From: Amphiscolops sp. MND2022
Lineage: Eukaryota
Assembly (NCBI GenBank): GCA_964187785.1
Contig: OZ076409.1
Coordinates: 74,278,001 to 74,342,000, forward strand
DNA: 64,000 bases
Reading direction: 5' to 3'
A program made the translations under genes and the position numbers. Each line of letters begins with the position of its first letter. Position 1 is the stretch's first letter. The notes beneath the pieces are model-generated. The model searched no databases and was not told where the DNA came from. It saw nothing but the letters and a program-made list of their open reading frames with translations. Positions 41,601 to 54,400 of this stretch are shown here, one piece after another.

Positions 41601-44600
41601 CATTTGGCCCTAAATACGGAGTTTCAGCGTTCCAGCATTCCCGGGCGAAAAGTTGTGGGACTTAGAAAATTTCAAAAATTTTCAAAAAATTTTTTTTCGG
41701 TTTTCCACCCTCCCCCCCTAGGGGAAAAGACCCCCCAACCAGTAATTTGAGTGAATTCATGTGGAAAGGCCATGTTTAGAGGAGAAAAATCCCGTTTAAA
41801 TTGTCTTTTTATCTTTATTCAACGTTGACTTATGACGTTTTGAAGGTGATGTTTGGAGGTGTGAAGCACGTGAAAAGTAAACGTTATGAGTATTTATCTG
41901 ATCTGAAAGCCATTGAGATGCAACCTGTTTTGCTCAAAACGTAATTCATATCAGTTTGGTAGTCAATCAACACCCTTTGTTGTCATTTGACATCTTTTTT
42001 TGTTGATATAAGAAAAAATTTCGTGTATTTATTCATTTTTTTCTCATCAAATAACTTGAAACAGTTGAGTACATTCCATCCCCCCTTCACGGGGGAGATG
42101 AGAATGTACTCGCAAAAAGCCCCGAACTACGGCCCTTACCTTCCTGAGCTACGCAGTATAAAGATTGCATATTGGTTCCGACATTTTGATAGAGATATAT
42201 CTTGGTAATCTGTCTGGGTATGCAGAAAAACCAGCACGTGCTTTTTTATACCAAGTTGCTCACAACGACATTTATTTTATATCAACGCCCCCATATTTAT
42301 CAACGCCCCCCGTCCGTGGGCATGCCGAGGCATGCCCTTCGACGACGTATACCAAAATATGTTCGAGCGCGTTAGCCTAGGTGCCGGTGTTTTTTACACA
42401 ATGGGGGAAGTTGCGCGGTTGGGGAGGGTCCCTGACGCGCTTCCGTGAGATCAGGTTTTTCAACTAGTGAAATCGACAAAGAAAATTGAGATCTCGTAAA
42501 CTAGCCATACGATTTGGCTGAAATTTGGCACACGTACCCCCCTCGGCACGGTGAAGATGATTTCCTACTGACGTTTTTCCCGCTAAACATTTTTTGTTGA
42601 CCAAAATAACGGTTTTTGGGGTAAAATTTTCAACTTTTTTTAAATTTCATCTTATATCTCGCCACGGGTGCACGCTAGCGCTTCCAAACCTTGCTGACGA
42701 AAGTTTGCAAACTGTCTCAGGAATGCTGTGTGAAAATTTCAGCTCAATCGGACTTGAACTCGAGGAGATATAGCGTTTTTCCGGAGCGGGGGGGTTTCAT
42801 TTTTCTAACGGTCCAGCTTATCTTTGCCATTTTTTCGAAAATGCACTCGCCTAAAGGCCTCCCCTGGCCGGTTTTATTCCCAGCAAAACCATTTGGCCCT
42901 AAATACGGAGTTTCAGCGTTCCAGCATTCTCGGGCGAAAAGTTGTGGGACTTAGAAAATTTCAAAAATTTTCAAAAATTTTTTTTTCGTTATTTGGGCCC
43001 CCAAAGTGGGGGAAAAGACCCCCCCAACCAGTAAATCAAGTGAATGCATGTGGAAAGGCCATGTTTAGAGGAGAAAAATGCCGTTTAGAACGTCTTTTTA
43101 TCTTGGCTCAACGTTGACTTATGACGTTTTGAAGGTGATGTTTGGAGGTGTAAAGCAAGTGAATAGTAAACGTTATGAGTATTTATCTGATCTGAAAGCC
43201 ATTGAGATGCAATATGATTGCTCAAAACGTAATTCATTGCAGTTTGGCAATCAATCAACACCCTTTGTTGTCGTTTGACATACTTTTTTGTTGTTAAAAT
43301 AAAAAAAATTTGTGTATTTATTCATTTTTTTCTCATCAAATAACTTGGAACAGTTGAGTACATTCCATCCCCCCCTTCCGGGGGAGATGAGAATGTACTC
43401 GCAAAAAGCACCGAACTACGGCCCTTACCTTCCCGAGCTACGCAGTATAAGGATTACATATTGGTTCCGACATTTTCATAGAGTTATATCTTGGTAATCT
43501 GTCTGGATATGCCGAAAAATCAGCACGTGCCTTTTAATACCAAGTTGCTCACAACGACAATTATTTTATATCAACGCCCCCATATTTATCAACGCCCCCC
43601 GTCCGTGGGCATGCCGAGGCATGCCCTTCGACGACCCGCACCAAAATATGCGTTAGCGCGGTAGCCGCTAGGTGCCGGGATTTCTATTCGATAAAGTATT
43701 TTGCGCGGTTGGGTAGGGCCCCGTGAGCGCGCCAGGGGATTGTGTTAGAACAACCGGAAATTCGGCATACGATTTTGGCGATTTTCTAAACTATCCATAC
43801 GATTTGGCTCAAATTTGGCATACGGGTTCCTGAGACAGATATAAGAACTAATTCCTACTGGCGTTTTGCCCGGAAAATTTTTTTTGTTGCCCAAAATTGA
43901 AATTTTCGGCAAAAAAATGCGATTTTTTTTGAAAAATTTTTTTTGAGAGGCCATATCTTTTTTCAGGGTGCCCGGAGCGGGACGCGTTAAACTGATTATA
44001 AACTCTACGGTTCATGGGCTTTACGGAGAACCTAAGCTCGTTTCGCTCGGACAAATAGTCTTGGAGATATAACGGGATTTTTCGGGAATTTTTTGAAAAT
44101 TTTTCTAACGGTCCAGCTTATCTTTGCCATTTTTTCAAAAATGCACTCGCCTAAAGGCCTCCCCTGGCCGGTTTTATTCCCAGCAAAACCATTTGGCCCT
44201 AAATACGGAGTTTCAGCGTTCCAGCATTCCCGGGCGAAAAGTTGTGGGACTTAGAAAAATTTCAAAATTTTTCAATAATTTTTTTTCCGTTTTCCGCCCT
44301 CCCCCCCGAGGGGAAAAGACCCCCCAACCAGTAATTTGAGTGAATTCATGTGGAAAGGCCATGTTTAGAGGAGAAAAATGCCGTTTAGATCGTCTTTTTA
44401 TTTTAACCTGTCGTTGACTTATGTTGTTTTGAAGGTGATGTTTGGATGTGTGAAGCATGTGAAAAGGTAATTTATTGTGTCTTTAGCTCTTCTAAAAGCC
44501 ATTGAGATACAAGGTGTAGCACTCAGAACGTGTTTAATTCTAAATTAGCAATGCATCAACACTTTTTGTGTCTTTGGACTCTGTTAAAAAATTTTTTCCG

Positions 44601-47600
44601 ACTAAAATCAAAAATTATTTATAATTATTCACATTTTTTTCTGATCTCATGACTCGAAACAGTTGAGTACATTCCATCTCCCTTCCCGGGGGAGATGAGA
44701 ATGTACTCTCTAAAGACCAGGTACTACAGTACTTACCTTCCCCGAGCAACGCCCCATAAAAATTGCGTTTTGATCATTCTATTTTGACATAATTCTATCT
44801 TTGTAATTTGACTGGAAATGAAGAAAATCCGCACGTGCTCTTTTATATCAAGTATCTTAACAACGCCATCTCTTTAACGTCAACGCCCCATAGTTCACAT
44901 CAACGCCCACCGTCCGTGGGCATGCCGAGGCATGCCCTTCGACGACGTATGCCAAAGATATTCCCGAGCGCGTTAGCCTAGGTGCCGGGATTTCTATTCG
45001 ATAAAGTATGTGGCGCGTGTGGGTAGGGTCCCTGGCGCGCTCTTGGGTATGGTGTTCACCAGCTAGGAAATAGGGGTCGATTTTTCGGGATCTCCTAAAC
45101 TAGCCACACGATTTGGCTGAAATTTGGCACACGTACCCCCCTCGGCACGGTGAAGATGATTTCCTACTGACGTTTTTCCCGCAAAATTTTTTTTGTTGTC
45201 CAAAATAACGGTTTTTGGGGTAAAATTTTGAATTTTTTTTAAATTTTATCTTATATCTCGCCACCGGTTTACGCTAGCGCTTCAAAACCCTGCTAAAGAA
45301 AGCTTGCAAACTGTCTCAGGAATGCGGTGTGAAATTTTCAGCTCAATTGGACTCAAACTCGGGGAGATATAGCGTTTTTCCGGAGCGGGGGGGTTTCATT
45401 TTTCTAACGGTCCAGCTTATCTTTGCCATTTTTTCGAAAATGCACTCGCCTAAAGGCCTCCCCTGGCCGGTTTTATTCCCAGCAAAACCATTTGCCCCTA
45501 AATACGGAGTTTCAGCGTTCCAGCATTCCCGGGCGAAAAGTTGTGGGACTTAGAAAAGTTCAAAAATTTTCAAAAAATTTTTTTTCCGTTTTCCGCCCTC
45601 CCCCCCTAGGGGAAAAGACCCCCCAACCAGTAATTTGAGTGAATTCATGTGGAAAGGCCATGTTTAGAGGAGAAAAATGCCGTTTAGAACGTCTTTTTAT
45701 CTTGGCTCAACGTTGACTTATGACGTTTTGAAGGTGATGTTTGGAGGTGTAAAGCACGTGAATAGTAAACGTTATGAGTATTTATCTGATCTGAAAGCCA
45801 TTGAGATGAATATGGTTTGCTCAAAACGTAATTCATGGCAGTTTGGCAATCAATCAACACCCTTTGTTGTCGTTTGACATACTTTTTTGTTGTTATAATA
45901 AAAAATTTTGTGTATTTATTCATTTTTTTCTCATCAAATAACTTGAAACAGTTGAGTACATTCCATCCCCCCTTCCGGGGGAGATGAGAATGTACTCGCA
46001 AAAAGCACCGAACTACGGCCCTTACCTTCCCGAGCTACGCAGTATAAGGATTACATATTGGTTCCGACATTTTCATAGAGTTAAATCTTGGTAATCTGTC
46101 TGGATATGCAGAAAAACCAGCACGTGCTTTTTTATACCAAGTTGCTTACAACGACAATTATTTTATATCAACGCCCCCATATTTATCAACGCCCCCCGTC
46201 CGTGGGCATGCCGAGGCATGCCCTTCGACGACGTATACCAAGATATACATCGAGCGCGTTAGCCTAGGTGCCGGGATTTCCATTCGATAAGGAATTCTGC
46301 GCGTGTGGGTAGGGCCCCTGGCGCGCTCCTGTGTTTTCGGTTTTCCTACTCCAAATTCACACCCCAGTTATCTCCGATCTCGTAAACTATCCATACGATT
46401 TGGCTGAAATTTGGCACACGTACCCCCCTCGGCACGGTGAAGATGATTTCCTACTGACGTTTTTCCCGCTAAACATTTTTTGTTGACCAAAATAACGGTT
46501 TTTGGTGGAAAATTTTCAACTTTTTTTTAAATTTCCTCTTTTATCTCGCCCCAGGTTTACGCTAGCGCTTCAAAACCTTGCTGACGAAAGTTTGCAAACT
46601 GTCTCAGGAATGCGGTGTGAAATTTTCAGCTCAATCGGACTCAAACTCGAGGAGATATAGCGTTTTTCCGGAGCGGGGGGGTTTCATTTTTCTAACGGTC
46701 CAGCGTATCTTTGCCATTTTTTCGAAAATGCACTCGCCTAAAGGCCTCCCCTGGCCGGTTTTACTCCCAAAAAAACCATTTGGCCTTAAATACGGGGTTT
46801 CAGCGTTCTAGCATTTTCGGGCGAAAAGTTGTGGGACTTAGAAAATTTCAAAAATTTTCAAAAATTTTTTTTCCGTTATTTGGGCCCCCAATGTGGGGGA
46901 AAGGACCCCCCAACCAGTATTTTGAGTGAATGCATGTGCAAAGCGCTTGTTTAGAGGAGAAAAATGTCGTTTAGAACGTCTTTTTATCTTTACTCAACGT
47001 TGACTTATGACGTTTTGAAGGTGATGTAAAGAGGTGTGAAGCACGTGAAAAGTAAACGTTATGAGTATTTATTTGATCTGAAAGCCATTCAGATGCAATC
47101 TGATTTGCCCAAAACGTAATTCATTTCAGTTTGGCAGTCAATCAACACCCTTTGTTGTCGTTTGACATTTTTTTTTGTTGATATAATAAAAAATTTTGTG
47201 TAATTATTTATTTTTTTCTCATCAAATAACTTGAAACAGTTGAGTACATTCCATCTCCCTTCCCGGGGGAGATGAGAATGTACTCGCAAAAAGCCTCGAA
47301 CTATGGCCCTTACCTTCCCGAGCTACGCAGTATAAAGATTGCATATTGGTTTCGACATTTTGATAGAGTTATATCTTGGTAATCTGTCTGGATATGCAGA
47401 AAAATCAGCACGTGCCTTTTTATACCAAGTTGCTCACAACGACAATTATTTTATATCAACGCCCCCATATTTATCAACGCCCCCCGTCCGTGGGCATGCC
47501 GAGGCATGCCCTTCGACGACGTGCACCAAGATATACCCCAAGCGCGGTAGCCGCTAGGTGCCCGGATTTCTATTCATTAAAGTATGTTGCGCGTGTGGGT

Positions 47601-48873
47601 AGGGCCCCTGGCGCGCTCTTGTGTCCCTGTTCTCATAACTGCAATTTCCGGCAGCATTCTGAGCGATTTTTTAAACTATCCATACGATTCGGCTGAAATT
47701 TGGCATGTGAGTTCCTATGACAGTTCTAAGAAACATTTCCTTCTGGCGTTTTGCCCGGAAAATTTTTTTTGTTGACTTATAACGGTTTTTTTGGCCAAAA
47801 AATGCGTTTTTTTCAAAAAAATTTTTTTTCGGAGCCCATATCTTTTTTCAGGGTGCCCGGAGCGGGACGCGTTAAACTGATTATAAACTCTACGGTTCAT
47901 GGGCTTTACGGAGAACCTAGGCTCGTTTCGATCGGACAAATAGTCTTGGAGATATAACGGCATTTTTTGGGAATTTTTTGAAAATTTTTCTAACGGTCCA
48001 GCTTATCTTTGCCATTTTTTCGAAAATGTACTCGCCTAAAGGCCTCCCCTGGCCGGTTTTAATCCCAGCAAAACCATTTGGCCCTAAATACGGAGTTTCA
48101 GCGTTCCAGCATTCCCGGGCGAAAAGTTGTGGGACTTAGAAAAATTTCAAAATTTTTCAAAAATTTTTTTTCCGTTTTCCGCCCTCCCCCCCGAGGGGAA
48201 AAGACCCCCCAACCAGTAATTTGAGTGAATTCATGTGGAAAGGCCATGTTTAGAGAAGAAAAATGCCGTTTAGATCGTCTTTTTATTTTAACCTGTCGTT
48301 GACTTATGTTGTTTTGAAGGTGATGTTTGGATGTGTGAAGCATGTGAAAAGGTAATTTATTGTGTCTTTAGCTCTTCTAAAAGTCATTGAGATACACGGT
48401 GTGTGACTCAGAACGTGTTTAATTCTAATTTAGCAATGCATCGACACTTTTTTGTGTCTTTTGACTCTGTTTTAAAAAATTTTTCCGACTAAAATCAAAA
48501 ATTATTTATATTTATTCACATTTTTTTTCTGATCTCATGACTCGAAACAGTTGAGTACATTCCATCTCCCTTCACGGGGGAGATGAGAATGTACTCTTTA
48601 GAGACCAGGTACTACAGTACTTACCTTCCCCGAGCAACGCCCCATAAAAATTGCGTTTTGATCCAGATATTTTGACATAATTTTATCTTTGTAATTTGAC
48701 TGGAAATGAAGAAAATGCCGCACGTGCTCTTTTATATCAAGTATCTTAACAACGCCATCTCTTTTACGTCAACGCCCCATAGTTCACATCAACGCCCCCC
48801 GTCCGTGGGCATGCCGAGGCATGCCCTTCGACGACGTATACCAAAATATGCTCCCGAGCGCGGTAGCCGCTAG
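20602..48873 (+). mobile_element. Twenty-two ~1.27-1.32-kb non-autonomous units of several interleaved subfamilies
   Basis: Junctions recur every 1267-1316 bp. Heads include GTGGCCGTGTC (20602, 28302, 29569, 32110, 33378), GTGGCCGCGTC (30838), GTGCCGGGATTTC (e.g. 21871, 23161, 34659, 38513, 41093, 43672, 44982, 46268), GTGCCGGTGT (24448, 25739, 27026, 35947, 37241, 39799, 42381) and GTGCCCGG (47558). Confidence 0.85.
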
Positions 48874-51210
48874 GTGCCGGGATTTCCATTCGATAAGGAA
48901 TTCTGCGCGTGTGGGTAGGGCCCCTGGCGCGCTCCTGTGTTTTGGGTTTTCCTACTCTAAATTCACACATCAGTTATCTCGGATCTCGAAAACTAGCCAC
49001 ACGATTTGGCTGAAATTTGGCACACAGCTCCGTTGGAACATTGTAAGAACAAATCCCTACTGACATTTTGCCCGCTAAACATTTTTTGTTGGTCAAAAAT
49101 GCGATTTTCCGACAAAATTTTCTTTTTCAACTCATAACTCGCCACAGGGCCACGCTAGCGCTTTGCAATCTATGATCCTTTTTTGTAGGACATTGCATGT
49201 AGAACACGTATGCCAAATTTGGTGGCGATCGGACTTAAACTCGAGGAGATATAACGATTTTTTAGGTGCATTTTTTGACATTTTTTGCTTTTGCTGATTT
49301 ATCTTTGCCGTTTTTTGCCCAGATTTTTTTTGAGACACTCTCCTAAAGACCTCCCCTGGCCGGTTTACCTCCCAGCAAAACCATTTGGCCCTAAATACGA
49401 AGTTTCAGCGTTCTAGCATTCCCGGGCGAAAAGTTGTGGGACTTAGAATAATTTTTTGGAAACGCAAAATGTGTAAAGTCAACTTCAGGCCTCCCAAAGT
49501 CAGGGAACTTCCACACAACTAGGATTGCAAGTGGATGCATGTGGAAAGTACTGGGATAGACGAGAAAAATGAGCTATAGAACGACTCTGTAGCTTAACTT
49601 GACGTTGACTTATGACAATTTTAGTGTGAGCTTGCTAAGGGGTCCGAAAGTCAAAAATTGAAAATTGAGTTATTCCAAAGCAAATACTCCTTTATATAGG
49701 CTAATTAGGTATCAGTAACGTGAAACACGGTTGTACGGAGCGATTATTATCATAGGCGATACGGTTCGTTCAAAAAAATGTCCAAAAATTTTTTCTCTTT
49801 TTTCGTAGGTTTTTTGTCTAGGATTTTTTTCTTTGGTTTTTTCCTTAGGTTATAGGTGTAGGTTATAGATTAGGCTTTTTCTAAGGTCCTGTTTTGCTTT
49901 CCCTGTTCACTGCATAGTTTGTTTTTAGTGGCAGAAGAAGACGACGACGACCAAGCATACGAGTTTTTCTTTTTTTTCCTTGGGTTTTCTTCGGGTTAAT
50001 GGCTATCCCGAAACCAGGTGCTCCTGCTCGAGGGCTTCTCGGGCGCTGGTTTCGTGTATGGGGCTTTCCCCCCCCAGTAGGTAACCTCTGCCCAAATTTT
50101 CAAACGTCCCTCGTAATTCGCATTTTGCCGGTGTCTTTTTTTTACGGGCGTTTCGTCGAAAAAGATAGAATTTTTCTCGGAACCGGCAAAATCGGAAAAT
50201 CAATCACAAAATAAACGACGTCGAGAAATCAATCAGACTTAACGGCGTCCAGTTGCTACAAAGAAGAAGTACAGATTAACCATGCTTCAGTTTCAGGTGC
50301 CAATCAATCAAGCTCAAGATGTCTTTTTTGTAACTTATTAAATAGTCCATAAAATTATGGAAATTAGGAAAATTTTCAAAGGTTGGTTTTTTTTTGAAAT
50401 TTAATGCAACTTATTAACATATGTGCCAAAGCTTTTGAAAGCATTAGGAGAAATCAATATAAAGTAAACCAATATGCAGTTTAACTGTTCTAACTTCCTT
50501 CAGTTTTAGTTCACAGATGAAGATTCGCCGTAGCGATACGTAACGTTTTTTGTCTAAATCGAATTTGCGGAGACTCAATCTGCCTATCGTTCGCACGGTC
50601 GTTATTGAGCATAAATTACGCTCATTGAAAAAGTGCGTGATCAGCGTCGTTCAATTTTTACGTGTAATTATCATAGGTGCCCATATGTTAAATTGTAAGA
50701 ATAGAGGTAATGGGTTTTCAAAATCCGGCTCATCAGAAGTTAGCTTGCGGCGTTATGCTGAAGGCCCTTCTGATGATGCTATGTCCCCCCTTTCCTTTTT
50801 TAGTGGGTAACCTATGCCCAAATTTTTTTCCAGCAATTTTTCCCAGCATTTTTGTTTTTTGTGAGTCTTAACCAAAATAATTTCTGATACATATTTTTGA
50901 TTAAATATTACTTCTTAAAGTAGCTTTTCATTGAATGGTTTTAATACAATCAGAATTGTTTTTCCTTGTAAAGTTTTTTTGTAATATGAGTTTGTAACTG
51001 ATGTACATGAGAATGAATTCCACCAATAAAAGACTCGAAACCTCTTGTACTGTATGTTTGATGTATGTTTTTTTTATACTGAGAGTCAAGTAGGACATTA
51101 CGTCTCTCGATCAAATCATAGATTTTCTTCGCTCTTTTATTTCGTTAATTGCTATTTCCCAAGTGGAACCGCTTCACACATTTGATTTTGCAAAGAAACA
51201 TTGAACAAAG

Positions 51211-51444
51211 GTATTGTTTTAGCATATTTAGAATCAAAATTGAATTTTTCACGTTTGAAAGATTATAAGATTTACAAGTTCTCTGATTTTATCCATCGTC
51301 TAAAACTTGATTGACTCGATTTTGGTAATTGTTCCAGTGGCGCTTCAACTATTAATTCGATTTCATTAGCCAATTCGGTTGATCCGTATCAAATTTTAGT
51401 CCCAATGAGATACTGAAATGTTCAATTTCGTTTCATATTTTCAG
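51211..51444 (+). other. Possible 5'-UTR intron (or trans-splice acceptor) just upstream of the RepHel ATG
   Basis: A pyrimidine-rich TTTCATATTTTCAG|G ends at 51444, 4 nt before the ATG. A candidate donor AAG|GTATTG lies at 51210/51211. Confidence 0.4.
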
Positions 51445-51448
51445 GGAT

Positions 51449-54400
51449 ATGCCTCCAAGGAGAAATCGGAGTGTTAGAAACAAGTGCTCCCGGTGCCGTG
51501 TGTTTATCCCTCAGTCTTCGACTTTGTGTGCCAGTTGTGCATCTTCCTCCGCCGAGGTAACTCATGACAACGAAGACAGCAGCAGTGTTTCTATACCCAA
51601 CGAAGACAACCCTCGGAACATAGTTTACCCTCCTCGTTGTACATTATGTGGATTACATGAACAGTCACAAGGCCAACTTTGTTGTTTTTGCTGTCCTGTT
51701 ACTTTACCCGTTTGTACAGATGCAGAATGTCAAAAGTGCCGAAGAATTACCTGTTCATCACTTAATTCCATTTCTATGACTGATGTAAAGCAGACTGCAT
51801 TTGGTTGCCGATTACCGGGAGAAACATCTGATTTTGCAAGACTGTGCAACGAGTGTAGTCATTACACAACACATGGCTTCCAATCGCCATGGAGAATTAT
51901 TTGGCCCTGTGTGGTATTAGATTTCCTCCGTGGAAAATACAATGGAGTTGCTGATGGAAAACCATTCCATAAAGTGTTGCCTACTTCTATATTGAAACAA
52001 TATCAACATCTGTTGCAGATTAACACTGATGAAAAAGAGACTGTTTTTGCTGACTTGACACACAAACTCCAGGAATTCACAAATCTAAAAGAAGAACTCA
52101 AAATTGAAGGTTTGCAAAAAGCTCATAACAAGTACTGTTTTCCAGAAGTTCGCTGTCCCTTTGGTTGTACTGAGTTTGTTGGGGACACGGGATTAATACC
52201 TTTGCAGTTCTTTCTTCAGATGTTAGACCAAAACTTTGCATTTAACAAGATAAAATGGAAAAGGCGATTACGTTGTGTTCGACCTGATTGGTTGTGTTCA
52301 TACAATCACAACGATGTCTTCAACGTAAGACCACACATTGTTATCGACGAGAAACAAGGACTGTGTCTTGCAACCTGTAAATTTCACAACGGGGGATCGC
52401 ATCAGTTTTTCGTCCATCCTCCTACAAATCCCACTGGTAGATTACCCTCGAAAAATGCTGATCGTCTTGGGCCTGCTACAGTTAGTTACAACTGTTACAA
52501 ACCAAGCAAGCCGAATTTTTCCACTCACACGTTTTCAATGGGTGTGGCCAAGGGTAGTTTCTCCGGGATTAGTTCGACTACAATTGCCTGTAAGCGAAGG
52601 TGGGATATCGCATTTGGTGAAGACGATGTTGTGCGAGAAGCTCTTTGTTCAAATAACCGTCTGGATATAAAGCCACTCCTACAACAACTGGTAAACAAAG
52701 GAGAGATTTCACAGAATCTCTTCGATAGCATTACATCAAATGAAGGTTTGCCTGACGATCAAACAGTTCTGGAATGTTTAAAGACTGCTACATCCGTCCC
52801 CTTCGAACTAGCTCTTGCATTAAAGAAAATTCAAGAAGAAGGAATAAGTGTGAACTATTTTCCGGTTTTCTCCCAACCTTTTACAAAACACGGATGTGAT
52901 CCACCTGACACAGTTGTAAACACGTCAATGCCGAAACATTTATGGCTTTATGCTGTAATGTTTGCTGTGAGTTGCAATTTCCATTTGTCTCTTTTGAAGT
53001 TCATTGCAACAGATACTTCTTTAAAAGATATTTTCCCTCTAATGCTGAATAATGATGGTAGACTGGTTGCAAAAAAGAAACGAGAACTTGCAGAGTTTTT
53101 ACAAAGTCAACCGCAAGATCCCAGTTATGACATGGTTGATAGTTTGCAACAATTGTTATCAACAATATCTTTCGTCAAACACTTCAACGTAACTGACAGA
53201 GGAAGTGTTGAATCAAATTTGAAATCTCTGACCGACGAAAAAATTGTTACATTCATTACCAATGCAAGGAGAAGGGATGATGGGTATTTGCCGGATAGAG
53301 TGGTAACTACGAATAGCTCAACAACATACGAGCTACGATCGATTGCTATCCTTGAGGGCGGTAACGTGAAAACCATCGTTAGACATGGTAACGAGTATAA
53401 TTGTTGGTGGATATACTCTACAGCTCATGAGACTCCAACAAAAATGAAACTTGAAGACCTTGTGGAGATGAGTCATTTTCATTCAAATTGGATGTCGTGT
53501 CATTACGAAGTCATTGGTTCAGTTGACATGCAGAGAGCAAAATACCAGTACTTGGAATATTTGGGAGGCCAGGGACGATTCATTTGTGACGATCATCATG
53601 TCCCGCTTACTGTAGCTAGAAATGGTACTCCGACTCTTTGTTCGTTCAGTCCCAGCTGTCAACGAAAGCCTGCTTGGAATTGCCCCTCGGAAAACTGCTT
53701 GTCGTCAGTCTGCCGCACTCATTTCAGACAACACCAACTGAGCAACGAACATCTGTTTGTCAAATGTCCCACTTCAAATAATGAGGTTGTTCGTTCACAA
53801 CCTGCTGAATCTTGTGATGATGATGATGATGAAGTTGTTTCTGAACCAGAATCAGAATACGATGAATTTTCTTTTACAAATTTCACAACCGACGCTGGTC
53901 ATGTTGACAATATGACAAATTGTTTGGCCACAGATTCTGGAGACATGCCGTCAGTCGTTGACAGTATTGACACGTCAATTCCTGCCCACATTTTGCTAAA
54001 CACAGATTGTCACGTACTAGAAAGGAAGAATTACAGAAATGACCGTTCCAAAACAAGTTCACGATTTTTACAAAACATTGTCGCAAGTTCTGGTAATTCC
54101 ATCCCTCTCATTTACCCTGATGCAGCGCTCTTCCCTACTCACTATTATCATGAACAGACAGACAACACTATTACTGGCGCTGTTCCGGCTCCTCTGTTTT
54201 GTGATAAACAGAGCAAACACTTTCTCTTTGCAAGCATTGAGGATCATAAACGATCAGCTGTTCTGAACCCAAATCTTTTGCAGTCAACCGACGTTAGAAG
54301 TATCCAGACTTCCTTCGACACCGTCCTGAATAAGCGCCTCACTTTCTCCGATACACGTTTGGTTCTCATTCGAGGATTCCAAGAAGTGACTGTGAAGACG

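Noticed and set aside
1..48873. Tandem 5S rRNA, tRNA, snRNA, SL RNA or histone gene cluster
   Set aside because: I could not recognise any such gene by eye, and the conserved motifs are shared with the termini of the RepHel element. An Infernal/Rfam scan is needed to exclude this formally.
1..49400. Dozens of 60-175-aa ORFs recurring in the repeat units (e.g. …PFGPKYGVSAFQHSRAKSCGT, …GHAEACPSTTY…)
   Set aside because: They recur only because the DNA repeats. Starts, stops and frames differ between copies, homopolymer indels shift frames freely, and no domain is recognisable.
49660..49700. Autonomous Helitron inserted inside a short unit with its own 5' TC end near 49670
   Set aside because: A simple insertion would leave the rest of the interrupted unit after 60889. 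Instead a fresh GTG head follows, so the element is best read as starting at 48874. A recombinant origin remains possible.
50770..50800. CTGATGA resembling a hammerhead ribozyme core or C/D box
   Set aside because: No matching GAAA or stems are visible nearby.
49999..50810. ORFs 49999-50214 and 50550-50810 as accessory genes
   Set aside because: They are short, have no recognisable motifs, and one uses a non-ATG start.
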